From: a virus
Lineage: Duplodnaviria; Caudoviricetes
IMG/VR virus record: IMGVR_UViG_3300048080_000334
Location: 1-48,797 of that record
Reading direction: 5' to 3' (one strand)
Length of the DNA: 48,797 bases
In this document: positions 17,038 to 25,224 of the stretch, in pieces
How positions within the stretch are numbered: position 1 is the first letter of the stretch
How the letters are laid out: each line of letters opens with the position of its first letter
Notes under the pieces: model-generated
Told to the model about the DNA's origin: nothing
Databases searched by the model: none
What the model saw: only the letters and a program-made list of their open reading frames with translations
Program-made: the position numbers and the translations under genes

Positions 17038-18264
17038 CTAAAAGGGGACATCGGTGTCCTTGTGTGCGGACAGGATCGGAAGCAGCTTCTCGATCTGCGC
17101 CCGCGTGAGGCTCCCGAGCGCCACCGGCCCCGGCTTCATGTCCATCCCGATCCGCACCTCCGCCGGGAGAGTCACATACCAGCCGTCGGTTTCGCGCTTG
17201 CGTGAGAGATCGAGGGCCTTGATCAGCCCCCAAAGCTCCTCCATCTGCTCACGGGTCGGCGGCTTGGCGTCGGCCGCTGCGACTCCCGGAACCACGGACG
17301 ACGCGCCGGGGGCAGCCGCAGGAGCCGTAGCAACCCTGGACTGCCTTGTCTCAGGTGCCTCCCCGCCGCCCCCGGCGTCATTCGAGGCGACCGGGGCGGG
17401 TTGTCCGCTATCACCCGCCGACGCCTTCACCCCTCTCGCTCTAGGAGTAGACGTCGCCGCTTCCCCGGTCGCCAAATTGTCCTGCTCAAGGTCAGTCGTG
17501 AACATGCCGGCGCTTCGCGTGGCCGCGATAATCGCATCGTTGTAGGCGCGCTTCTTCGCCATCTTGAGGAGCGTGTTCGCCTGGTCGGCGATGTCCTCGT
17601 TCTCGATCCGGCCGACGACCTGGTCCGTGATCGCTGGATCGTCGATTGCGAACTTCTCTCGGCAGCCGCCGCCGTCCCGCGCCCAGCATACCCACGTCCC
17701 AGGGTCGCCCTCTTTGAATATCTTACCCCTAATGATCGTCTCGGCACCGCAAGCCGGGCAAGTACGCGCCCCCTTGCGCCAGCGATACCTCGCCTCGCGC
17801 GAGTTGGCGCTCCCGATCCCGTAGCCGACGACGAATCCAGTCCGCTTCGACACGACCTCGACCCGCACGAGGTAGGAGAAGAATGGGATTGGGTCGTCGA
17901 AGCGCTCGATCTTCTCGTCTACGATCATCCGGCCGAAGTAGCCATAGATTTCGGCTAGCATCTGCGCTCCGGCCTGATAGAGGATCCTTTTGGGCTTGCC
18001 ATCTGTGCCCACGACTCCGGGTAGGAATCCGTAGTCCACACCTTCGACCATCACCAAGCCAACGAAGCGCTGAAACTCGCGGAGCTGAGCCAGCGCCTCC
18101 TCGGGCGAGCGCACCATCTGCGGCGCTAGGTCAAGTGAGCGCAGTGCCAGGGCCGTCTCCCGTGGCGGCACCATCTCGGGCTCGATCGCCATATCTGAGT
18201 AGTCCTCAGCCTGGAGCGCCGGGTTGCCTTTCGGGTTGTCCTTCATTTCGTCTCGCTCGTTCAT
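17038..18264 (-). CDS. Putative single-strand annealing/recombination protein with zinc-ribbon insert
   Basis: GVDYG.LPG...K..L...GA..L, GIGSANSRE.RYR, CPAC...C...C, NTLLKMAKKRA..DA...FTTDLE; acidic C-tail DTDVPF. Confidence 0.6.
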   Translation of the reverse strand: MNERDEMKDNPKGNPALQAEDYSDMAIEPEMVPPRETALALRSLDLAPQMVRSPEEALAQLREFQRFVGLVMVEGVDYGFLPGVVGTDGKPKRILYQAGAQMLAEIYGYFGRMIVDEKIERFDDPIPFFSYLVRVEVVSKRTGFVVGYGIGSANSREARYRWRKGARTCPACGAETIIRGKIFKEGDPGTWVCWARDGGGCREKFAIDDPAITDQVVGRIENEDIADQANTLLKMAKKRAYNDAIIAATRSAGMFTTDLEQDNLATGEAATSTPRARGVKASAGDSGQPAPVASNDAGGGGEAPETRQSRVATAPAAAPGASSVVPGVAAADAKPPTREQMEELWGLIKALDLSRKRETDGWYVTLPAEVRIGMDMKPGPVALGSLTRAQIEKLLPILSAHKDTDVPF

Positions 18265-18479
18265 CGGTTCCTGCCTCCTCCTCGGATCGTGATTTCGGTG
18301 ACGGTGTGGGCGATCTCACAGCCAAGGATGTCGGCTGCATCGCTCAATGGCACGGCCTCGTTCTCGGCGCGCGCCATGTCGGCGGCATCGGACCCGTCGG
18401 CCCATGCCGACAGGATCATCGAGAAGCCGGTGTTCGTCGAGAGCCGCCGGATGTTACGTATGACAAGGTAGGCCTTCAT
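18261..18479 (-). CDS. Small hypothetical protein
   Basis: MKAYLVIRN..., ATGA coupling at both ends. Confidence 0.6.
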   Translation of the reverse strand: MKAYLVIRNIRRLSTNTGFSMILSAWADGSDAADMARAENEAVPLSDAADILGCEIAHTVTEITIRGGGRNR

Positions 18480-18715
18480 TTGTGGCGGCTCCCGCGATAG
18501 TCCCCGAAGCCGAACCGGCGCTCCTCGCGCATGGCGTCGTCCAGGGAGTCCCAAGTCGGGTCCGGCACGGGCTTGGCCGACGGGGCCACTGGATAGACGC
18601 GCTGGAGCCCGTCGAAGCACCAGGGGCAAAGCGGCACCCCAGTGTAGAGATCGGGCTCGACTTCGCCGTGGTGCGGGCAGTAATAGGCGGGATCGCGTGG
18701 CGTGTTCTGGCTCAT
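18476..18715 (-). CDS. First gene of the leftward early operon; zinc-finger-like
   Basis: CPHH...CPWC; GGAGGAACCG-ATG start. Confidence 0.65.
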   Translation of the reverse strand: MSQNTPRDPAYYCPHHGEVEPDLYTGVPLCPWCFDGLQRVYPVAPSAKPVPDPTWDSLDDAMREERRFGFGDYRGSRHK

Positions 18716-18773
18716 CGGTTCCTCCATCGGTTCGCTCGTTCATCGGTCAGGGGCTTCCCCCCTTGCAAGCCTG

Positions 18774-18802
18774 ATTATCGCTCGGCCGTGGCAGAATTGC
18801 AA
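18774..18802 (-). promoter_or_regulatory. Leftward early sigma70-type promoter
   Basis: TTGCAA-N17-GATAAT with an A-tract upstream. Confidence 0.7.
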
Positions 18803-19132
18803 ATAGTTTTTTGCCCGCTCGGCCACCGCAATTTGCCCGCTCTCGGGTTGCCGCCAGCCAGCTGCAAGGGGGGCGCCCAGGTTGGGTCATTTTGGCCAAA
18901 ACGCCATAGAGCCCACAGGAGCGACTTTCGAGCAGGTGCCCGGCCTTCTGGCCCCGGGCGGCGATCTCCCGGCCCTGGCGCCCGCCCGCCGCTACGGCCT
19001 GGCCCATCGTGGAGCTGCGATCCCCCTGGAAACGTACCGCCCTGGGCCAGCCCCGCCGCCCGGCCGCCAGCCTTGGCCCGGGTTAAGCTTACTTACCTAA
19101 ATAGAAAATCGACCGCCGAGCTACTTTTTTAT

Positions 19133-19161
19133 TTGCAAAACGGCGGCGAATGAGCGATGAT
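19133..19161 (+). promoter_or_regulatory. Rightward early sigma70-type promoter
   Basis: TTGCAA-N17-GATGAT with a T-tract upstream; same ATTTGCAA...GAGCGAT(A/G)AT layout as the left promoter. Confidence 0.65.
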
Positions 19162-19220
19162 AGAAGCGATCGAAGGATGGGGGCGGCCCCCCCCGAAGCA
19201 AGCAACCGATGGAGGAACCG

Positions 19221-19406
19221 ATGAACTCGAACCAGACCTTCCGCTACTCGACCTGGACCTCCCGAGCCTTCAATGCCGTCCGCCTACGCCGGGCTGTCAT
19301 GGCTGGCCGCGCCGAGTTTGCCAGCGTCCCGATAGGCGTTATCGACCTCGCCTTCTGGCAGATCACGACCTACCTCAACCGCCGGTCGCTCCGGCAGGGA
19401 CGGTAG
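19221..19406 (+). CDS. First gene of the rightward early operon, hypothetical
   Basis: GGAGGAACCG-ATG start. Confidence 0.65.
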   Translation: MNSNQTFRYSTWTSRAFNAVRLRRAVMAGRAEFASVPIGVIDLAFWQITTYLNRRSLRQGR

Positions 19407-19408
19407 CC

Positions 19409-19759
19409 ATGACCCGCTACTCGATCCGGTGCCGCATCTGCAACGAGACCTGGGCGGAGGACGCGAGGAGTTCAACCGATGTTGGCATCTTCCATCCCTG
19501 CACCAAGGGAAACGAAGGGGATCACGAGCTAAGAAGCTGGCCCCTCCGAGCGAGCCGGTTAGAGATCCATGCGGTCAAGTGGACCGCTGGTAGCGAGCAC
19601 AAGTGCAGAGCTAGATGCTGGAATGCCATCGGATCCGCCTGTCGGTGCGAGTGCCGTGGAGCCAGGCACTCAAGCCTCCGCCTCCGCAAGTCACCAGAAG
19701 TCGAGCGCGCGGAGGTTGATGCCATCTTCGAGAGCCTTAGTGGAGGTATAGTCCGATGA
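19409..19759 (+). CDS. Cys/His-rich phage protein
   Basis: CRIC...HKCRARCWNAIGSACRCECRGARH. Confidence 0.7.
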   Translation: MTRYSIRCRICNETWAEDARSSTDVGIFHPCTKGNEGDHELRSWPLRASRLEIHAVKWTAGSEHKCRARCWNAIGSACRCECRGARHSSLRLRKSPEVERAEVDAIFESLSGGIVR

Positions 19760-19863
19760 GCGCCATCCCCAAGCTCTGGATCCCAATCGTCGCCTCGATC
19801 GTGTTGTGGGGATTCGCCTGGTTGGCGGGCAGGCTCGTCGCGGATTGGATCGGAGGTGTCTGA
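19756..19863 (+). CDS. 35-aa membrane peptide
   Basis: MSAIPKLWIPIVASIVLWGFAWLAG...; GGAGG RBS, coupled on both sides. Confidence 0.55.
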   Translation: MSAIPKLWIPIVASIVLWGFAWLAGRLVADWIGGV

Positions 19864-20027
19864 TGAGCGCCCCCGATCTCACCCTGTCGCGGCTCCATCG
19901 CCAGCTCGCCTTCCTTGAACTCGATCGCCGGGGCGCGGCCGAGCGCCTGTCACAGATCGAGGAAAGCATCCAGCTTTTCGAGGAGCGCATCCGCCTCGCC
20001 GAGAAGCCGGAGAAGGCACGGTCGTGA
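19863..20027 (+). CDS. Small coiled-coil protein
   Basis: MSAPDLTLSRLHRQL...; TGATG coupling. Confidence 0.6.
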   Translation: MSAPDLTLSRLHRQLAFLELDRRGAAERLSQIEESIQLFEERIRLAEKPEKARS

Positions 20028-20479
20028 CGAAGCGCGACGGCATCCCGGTCGAAGGCAATGGCGGGCGTCGCTTCGTCTTGAAGTGCAGATCATGTCACGC
20101 GCCCTGGACCGAGGAGCACCCCCGTGACGAGGCCCCGACTCGCCTTGCCCGCGATCACCACTGCGCGGGATTCGACACGCTGTGCGTCGCGGGCGGATCG
20201 TGGCAGGCGATCCTCTTGATGGGCATTCGGGTACTGCCCGTGGTCTGGCACCCCGGTCATGAGCATCCATGCTCTCCCGTGTGTTCGGCGGCCGCTGGGG
20301 CGGAGTGTCGCTGTGCTTGCAAAGGGGCGCAGCACGGTGTCGCTTTGCTACCGGCGGCCGCCATCTCCAAGGCCGAACTCGACGCGCTTTACGATCGCCT
20401 GGATAGCTCGGCGAGATTCCGCAAGGGCGACCCTATCGACCGCTCTAATCCGTTCCCACGCAAAGGAGGCAACCGATGA
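20024..20479 (+). CDS. Cys/His-rich protein, paralogue of 19409-19759
   Basis: CRSC...EHPCSPVCSAAAGAECRCACKGAQHG. Confidence 0.7.
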   Translation: MTKRDGIPVEGNGGRRFVLKCRSCHAPWTEEHPRDEAPTRLARDHHCAGFDTLCVAGGSWQAILLMGIRVLPVVWHPGHEHPCSPVCSAAAGAECRCACKGAQHGVALLPAAAISKAELDALYDRLDSSARFRKGDPIDRSNPFPRKGGNR

Positions 20480-20700
20480 GCCCCATGACACTGCTTGAGG
20501 CTTGCGCCTTCGCGCGGCTCCGAGCGCCCAGGACCGAAAGCGATTTGCACGCGATATGGCGCGAGCTTGACCGCCGCGGAATCAAACATAACCTGATCGA
20601 TGAGCCCGGCTATAAGTGCTGGAAGGCCACCGTGTTCAAGGCTCGGGGCTGTGCCGTGCAGGTCGCCGTCGCGGCCGCCCGGCGGGGGATGAAGCCGTGA
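20476..20700 (+). CDS. Small hypothetical protein
   Basis: GGAGGCAACCG-ATG start. Confidence 0.65.
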   Translation: MSPMTLLEACAFARLRAPRTESDLHAIWRELDRRGIKHNLIDEPGYKCWKATVFKARGCAVQVAVAAARRGMKP

Positions 20701-21056
20701 GCAACTGCGAGGGATGCGGGCTCCTCTTCTCCTGGCTATATACCTGTGCGCAGGATGAGCAACCGATGCTCGGATTCTGCGACCGCTGTGCCATTGTTCA
20801 TCTAGTCGGCGCACACGACTTTCCCGATGAAGCGGCTTTCCACGAGGTGGTCGGTCTTCATCTCTTACAGGAGCGCGCCCGCACCATGCAACAGATAGCG
20901 ATGGTCCCCGATGAGATGGCAGAGGAGGAATTGATGAAGGAGAAGACCGTCGGCGGCTTGACCATGAGCACGATTGCGTTTTCCGCTGGCTATGTGCAGG
21001 GGTGCAGAGCCGTGGCCGCCCGCCTTGTGGCGATGGTGAAGGGGGAGACGTCGTGA
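20697..21056 (+). CDS. Hypothetical zinc-finger protein
   Basis: CEGC...CDRC; GTGA coupling. Confidence 0.6.
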   Translation: MSNCEGCGLLFSWLYTCAQDEQPMLGFCDRCAIVHLVGAHDFPDEAAFHEVVGLHLLQERARTMQQIAMVPDEMAEEELMKEKTVGGLTMSTIAFSAGYVQGCRAVAARLVAMVKGETS

Positions 21057-21304
21057 AGAAGAAGCGAGGGCCAGAATCAGACCGCGAGCGGTTCATCCGC
21101 ATCGCCGAGAAGCGCACCCAGCGCGTGATCGCACGGCTCCGAATCCTCGGGAACTGCCATAACCGCCAGTACTACGAGTACCGGCCCAAGGACGTCGAGC
21201 GCATCTTCCTTGCGATTAGCGAGGCTGTAGCGGAGACGCGCCGCCTGTTCGATCAGAAGCAGTCCGTCGAGCAATTCAGCTTCGCGGAAAAGGACGAGCA
21301 ATGA
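21053..21304 (+). CDS. Conserved small helical protein
   Basis: RERFIRIAEKRT......RILGN..N...YEY...DVERIF.AI, a widespread family of unknown function. Confidence 0.7.
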   Translation: MKKKRGPESDRERFIRIAEKRTQRVIARLRILGNCHNRQYYEYRPKDVERIFLAISEAVAETRRLFDQKQSVEQFSFAEKDEQ

Positions 21305-21720
21305 ACAGGCGCGACCTAAACGAGATGCTCGGGAAGATGCACTGGGTCGTGGCGTACCTCATGAACGACCATCGAATGGCGCGCCGGTTCGCCGCCGCTG
21401 AGGGCGTACGGACGTGGACGCGGTATCCGCTGACTATCGCCTGGGATCCGACGCCCTGGGCCTCGGAGTGGCGCGCGTGGAACGACGACGAAGGCTGCCG
21501 CTACCTCCGGCTCGGGCGGGTCATGCTTTGCTGGCACGCGTGCCAGGGAACGACGCCGCCAGCGTACGAAGACCGAAGGCGCGCGGTTTTCCTTATGGCG
21601 ATGCAACCGCACCTGCCGCGAATGGACATAGCGCAGCTCAATGAAGATTACGCGAAGCTCATGTCGGCAATAGAAGAGCTTGGCAACGAAGCAAATGAGA
21701 AAGGAGGCGGCGATCAATGA
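21301..21720 (+). CDS. Hypothetical protein
   Basis: 139 aa, ATGA coupling. Confidence 0.6.
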   Translation: MNRRDLNEMLGKMHWVVAYLMNDHRMARRFAAAEGVRTWTRYPLTIAWDPTPWASEWRAWNDDEGCRYLRLGRVMLCWHACQGTTPPAYEDRRRAVFLMAMQPHLPRMDIAQLNEDYAKLMSAIEELGNEANEKGGGDQ

Positions 21721-21984
21721 AGCCCAAGCGCTGGACAGTTGGAAGACGTCAAGGGCGTGATCCACAACCCCGTCTACACCGGCATGGGCGCCTACCCGGT
21801 AGTCGTGGACGAGAGCGTGTGGGTGAAGTCGGCGATAGTGGCCATCGAGGAAGAAGGCACCGAGGAGTTCCTGCGCAGAATGCTCGCCGTGCTCAGAGCC
21901 GCGATGGACTTGGCCGCGGCGAACGAGCTGTCGCTCCGCCACGACGCGCCCACGATCGAAGGAGGAACCGATGGACCTGCGTGA
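21717..21984 (+). pseudogene. Small recombinase-domain-like protein with an apparent +1 frameshift at about 21741
   Basis: MKPKRWTV (frame 21717) joins EDVKGVIHNPVYTG...YPVVVDESVW (frame 21739) to give W..V..NP.Y.G...P..D..W. Confidence 0.45.
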
Positions 21985-22255
21985 GACGTTGGAAGTCGAA
22001 GGCTATTCCTGTGTCCGCCAATTGCCGAACGGCGTCTATATCGGCGTTCGTCGCCAATTGTTCACCGTCGGCCTCTTTGTCGGTCTGGATGAGACGGGCT
22101 ACCGATACCGATACTGCTACGAGTGGGAGAAAGATGCTTTAGCGGCGTGCGCGGTATGGGATGGCTGCGGGCATCCGCCCGGACCTTGGGTGAAGATCAA
22201 GGGCGACCATCCAGAGAGTGAGCGTCTAGGACCCGGGGCCGCCGATGTCTATTAA
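21971..22255 (+). CDS. Hypothetical protein, last of the rightward operon
   Basis: GGAGGAACCG-ATG start; YRYCYE...A...WDG.GHPPGPWVKIKG; stop overlaps the convergent gene (TTAA). Confidence 0.7.
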   Translation: MDLRETLEVEGYSCVRQLPNGVYIGVRRQLFTVGLFVGLDETGYRYRYCYEWEKDALAACAVWDGCGHPPGPWVKIKGDHPESERLGPGAADVY

Positions 22256-22479
22256 GGCTGCCAGCGCGGATCGTCAATCCGACGCACCCCGTGAAGGCTG
22301 ACCCAGAAATTGACCTCGGCGATCTGATTCGTCGTCGGCGCGTCGCGCTGTCCGAGATATTCGATGAAAACTTCTGCTCGCGTCATTCGCGCCCAACGCT
22401 GCGCGGTTTTTGAAACTCTGGCAAAGCAGGAATAGCGTCCGCCAGGCTCGTGCGTTGGGATCGTCCAAGGTCCCGCCAT
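22252..22479 (-). CDS. Small hypothetical protein, last of the late operon
   Basis: Starts 2 nt after the endolysin stop. Confidence 0.55.
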   Translation of the reverse strand: MAGPWTIPTHEPGGRYSCFARVSKTAQRWARMTRAEVFIEYLGQRDAPTTNQIAEVNFWVSLHGVRRIDDPRWQP

Positions 22480-22481
22480 CC

Positions 22482-23885
22482 CTAGAACAGACGGCGGATG
22501 CCGAGGATCCTGCTAGCCGAAAAGGCTGCGACGCTCACCTTGTTTGACTGGTTCCCGCCCAGGATGAGCACGTCAGAATCGAGAGGCATCGTCCCGGCAT
22601 ACAAGCCCACATGGCCCGGAGCATTGATCGTCTCTGGCCCCGCGTCCGAGGCCCCGCGCTTGAGCACGACAACGTCGAAGCCGACCTCGACATCCATTTC
22701 GCTTACGGGCGTCCCAACCTCAAGCCACGACCGCGCGCGTAGACTTTTCGACCTCGGGAGCCGCAGGAGCCAAGCCCAATAGTTGAGCGCTGCTGAACAG
22801 TTACCCACGGGTATCACCGTCCCGCTCGGATCTCTAATAACGATAGCCCCTGTCGGCACCTCTACGCAGAACAGATCCGTATTTTGCTGATCATGGAATG
22901 AGAGCGCACTTGGACGGATCGTCCTTGTTCGCTTTCCTGGTGAAAACACAATTTCATCGCATGGCCTTCCAGAAAACGGACTGATCGAAGAAACGCGGTG
23001 GGATGAGTGATACCCAGCCAAGGTAACAGCGACCTGCAACCAATCGCGCAGGGTTGGCTCGCTCGTATATAGATAGATTGATCCGCCACGCGTATGTCCG
23101 TCGAACATCGCATACGTGTGGACGAAATGATCGAGCTGGGATTGGCTCCATCGGCGAAGGAGTCCCCAGTCCGGCATTTTATAGTCTGAAAAAGCACCTT
23201 CAAAGGCGACTGGAATCTCATACTCGAAAGTGGTCAATGCTTTGGTACTGCGTCCGTAGGCTCGCGGAGCTTGATAAATATTGGCCGGATTCAAAGTTGG
23301 CAGGAGATCTATCTTACGTTCTCGGCTCACTTGCATTGAGAGACGGCCATGATGAAAACAGCCATCGGAAATGAATGCGGCGAAAAGGGCAATATCTCTT
23401 TTCGACCATTCGGGGTCATCCTTTTTAATCGCTGTACTTACGCTCGGGATGAAGAGACCGCTTGTAAGGTCCTTGATTGGACGCAGCTCGATAGGGCCGG
23501 CCGTATCGTTCGCGCGGTTCCAAATACCAAGGAATCGATGCTCAGGATCACAGACAAGGTCAAATTGGGGAGTTTTAATATTGGCGAGGATGCCACTATA
23601 GGATTTCCTGATCACGCGCAATGGGCGGGTATATGAAATGCGCCTGGCAGGATCAACTTGAGCAACAAGATCATCGTCAGCCAGTGCGTCAAATCGCCGG
23701 AATCCAGCGGCGGTCAAAATCGCAACATTGCCGGTGAAGCACCACGGGACCTCGTCGTCCTGGGGCCAGGTGTCGTCGAGCTGGAGCATGGCGAGGATTG
23801 CCGGATTGGCGAGTTTGCCGTCCACTTCCTTCATGCCGATGAACCGCTCGGCGATGCTGTAGAGGGTGACGCCGATTGTTTTCAT
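22482..23885 (-). CDS. Endolysin (TIGR02594/NlpC-P60/CHAP-like Cys peptidase) containing an intein
   Basis: Spliced product (153 aa): GMKEVDG..ANPAIL...DDEVPW|CSAALN...ARSWL..G...VVL.RG...GHVG...ILGGNQSNKVS. Confidence 0.85.
   Translation of the reverse strand: MKTIGVTLYSIAERFIGMKEVDGKLANPAILAMLQLDDTWPQDDEVPWCFTGNVAILTAAGFRRFDALADDDLVAQVDPARRISYTRPLRVIRKSYSGILANIKTPQFDLVCDPEHRFLGIWNRANDTAGPIELRPIKDLTSGLFIPSVSTAIKKDDPEWSKRDIALFAAFISDGCFHHGRLSMQVSRERKIDLLPTLNPANIYQAPRAYGRSTKALTTFEYEIPVAFEGAFSDYKMPDWGLLRRWSQSQLDHFVHTYAMFDGHTRGGSIYLYTSEPTLRDWLQVAVTLAGYHSSHRVSSISPFSGRPCDEIVFSPGKRTRTIRPSALSFHDQQNTDLFCVEVPTGAIVIRDPSGTVIPVGNCSAALNYWAWLLRLPRSKSLRARSWLEVGTPVSEMDVEVGFDVVVLKRGASDAGPETINAPGHVGLYAGTMPLDSDVLILGGNQSNKVSVAAFSASRILGIRRLF
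22800..23741 (-). mobile_element. 314-aa intein with LAGLIDADG-like homing endonuclease domain
   Basis: N-terminus CFTGNVAILTAAGFRRF, block B CDPEHRF, FAAFISDG and YAMFDGH endonuclease blocks, C-terminus LFCVEVPTG...VGN followed by a Cys+1; visibly more AT-rich than the flanks. Confidence 0.9.
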
Positions 23886-23887
23886 TG

Positions 23888-24535
23888 CTACTCCTCCCTG
23901 AATGGCACGGTGATGTGCGCCGGGCATTGGCCGTAGAAGTCCAGGCCCTCGATTGTTGCGGGGTTGACCTCGCTCTCGCCGTAACGATCACCCACCATGT
24001 CGCAGATTATCGTCGTGATGGGAAGGACGTGCTCGGCGTGCCGGCCCGAGAACTTCTGGCACCGCTCGCCTACCAATGCAAGCTGATCGAAATGCTCCTC
24101 GGCGATCACCTGGATGCCGGTCTCGGGGAAGGCGTGTCGCGGACACCAGAAGGTAATCCACCCCTTCTCGATCTCGTTCATCTTGTTGACCATCCGCCGG
24201 CTCGCCAAGTAGAAGTCGCTCTCGACGTGCCAGATACGGCGACATCCGAGGTCGCGCGCGATCGTGGCGGCGTGGCCAAACGACCGCCACCAGCCAGGAT
24301 AGTCGAGATGCGACGGTCGGCCGAGATGCGGTGCCAGGTTCGCGGCATGGTAGTTACCCGGCGGATGAACGATCTGTGGCCAGGTGATCTCCGGGGCGAT
24401 CCCGTCGCCCACGACAGCGAACTCCACGTCGCATGGGTAGGCGATGCGGCCGTGATGATTGAGCCAGCGGCCGACGCGCCCCTGCATGTGATCGGTCGAG
24501 TCCGACCATGCCGTACACGATATGAGGGTTTTCAC
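23888..24535 (-). CDS. Putative glycosyltransferase (GT-A-like)
   Basis: VVGDG, GWWRSF and IWHVESDFYL (ExD metal site); cluster context. Confidence 0.55.
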   Translation of the reverse strand: MKTLISCTAWSDSTDHMQGRVGRWLNHHGRIAYPCDVEFAVVGDGIAPEITWPQIVHPPGNYHAANLAPHLGRPSHLDYPGWWRSFGHAATIARDLGCRRIWHVESDFYLASRRMVNKMNEIEKGWITFWCPRHAFPETGIQVIAEEHFDQLALVGERCQKFSGRHAEHVLPITTIICDMVGDRYGESEVNPATIEGLDFYGQCPAHITVPFREE

Positions 24536-25224
24536 TTCGCCCTCACGATATGGATCCAGAACCAGTAGCTTTTGAACTCGGGCCAGTCCATTACGCGCCC
24601 TAGCCGGTTAGCCCAGTAGCCAGGCGGCAGGAGTTTTAGAATTATGTCGAGCATGTAGGCAGGCGTTCGGCACATCCGCCCGTCGAAGCCTGGAGGAATA
24701 TCGGGCCGATCCCAGTTGTTCTCACTGTCGATCGTCGATCCCGCCAGATGTAGCGAGAACATTCCTCCTGGGTGGAGCGCCCGGGCGACGGACACAACCT
24801 GGGCCAATAAGTCGGGCTCGGCCATGTGCTGAGCCACGAGATGAGATACGGCTAAGTCGTACTCGGCTACCGGCAGAAGGTCAAGGCGATCGTGGAGGTA
24901 GAAGTTTCGGATCCATGGGCGCACCTGCGCTTCGGCCTTTTCCGCTATGTCCAGGGCATCGACAATACACTCGCGCTCGCGGAACATGCGGGCCGCGTAG
25001 CCGAGGCCGACGCCGATATCGAGGACGCGGGCCCCGGGGCGCACGAGGTGTTCGACCTGGTGGTGCCGAAGCATCTCGGCCGGGTCGGACCCGGAAAGGG
25101 CGTCAGCATCCTTGACGGTGTGGGCTTGGTTCCAGGCTGCCGCCCGTACCGCATACTCGTCAGCTCTTATCGTGAGCGATGTGGAAGCCAACGGCCCCCC
25201 CAAGGAACTTGAAGAACATGCCAA
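24532..25224 (-). CDS. Class I SAM-dependent methyltransferase
   Basis: VLDIGVGLG, ALDI, YDLAVSHLVAQH and ALHPGG. Confidence 0.85.
   Translation of the reverse strand: MACSSSSLGGPLASTSLTIRADEYAVRAAAWNQAHTVKDADALSGSDPAEMLRHHQVEHLVRPGARVLDIGVGLGYAARMFRERECIVDALDIAEKAEAQVRPWIRNFYLHDRLDLLPVAEYDLAVSHLVAQHMAEPDLLAQVVSVARALHPGGMFSLHLAGSTIDSENNWDRPDIPPGFDGRMCRTPAYMLDIILKLLPPGYWANRLGRVMDWPEFKSYWFWIHIVRAK

Larger units (their letters stand above)
18712..19224. repeat. 21-bp perfect inverted repeat AACCGATGGAGGAACCGATGA (18712-18732 and 19204-19224) flanking the divergent promoter region
   Basis: Read directly; each copy contains the RBS and start codon of the first gene of one arm. Confidence 0.9.

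Noticed and set aside
18712-19224. Invertible promoter segment
   Set aside because: No invertase gene seen and the two promoters are nearly equivalent; the repeats are better explained as shared leader sites. Not excluded without reads.
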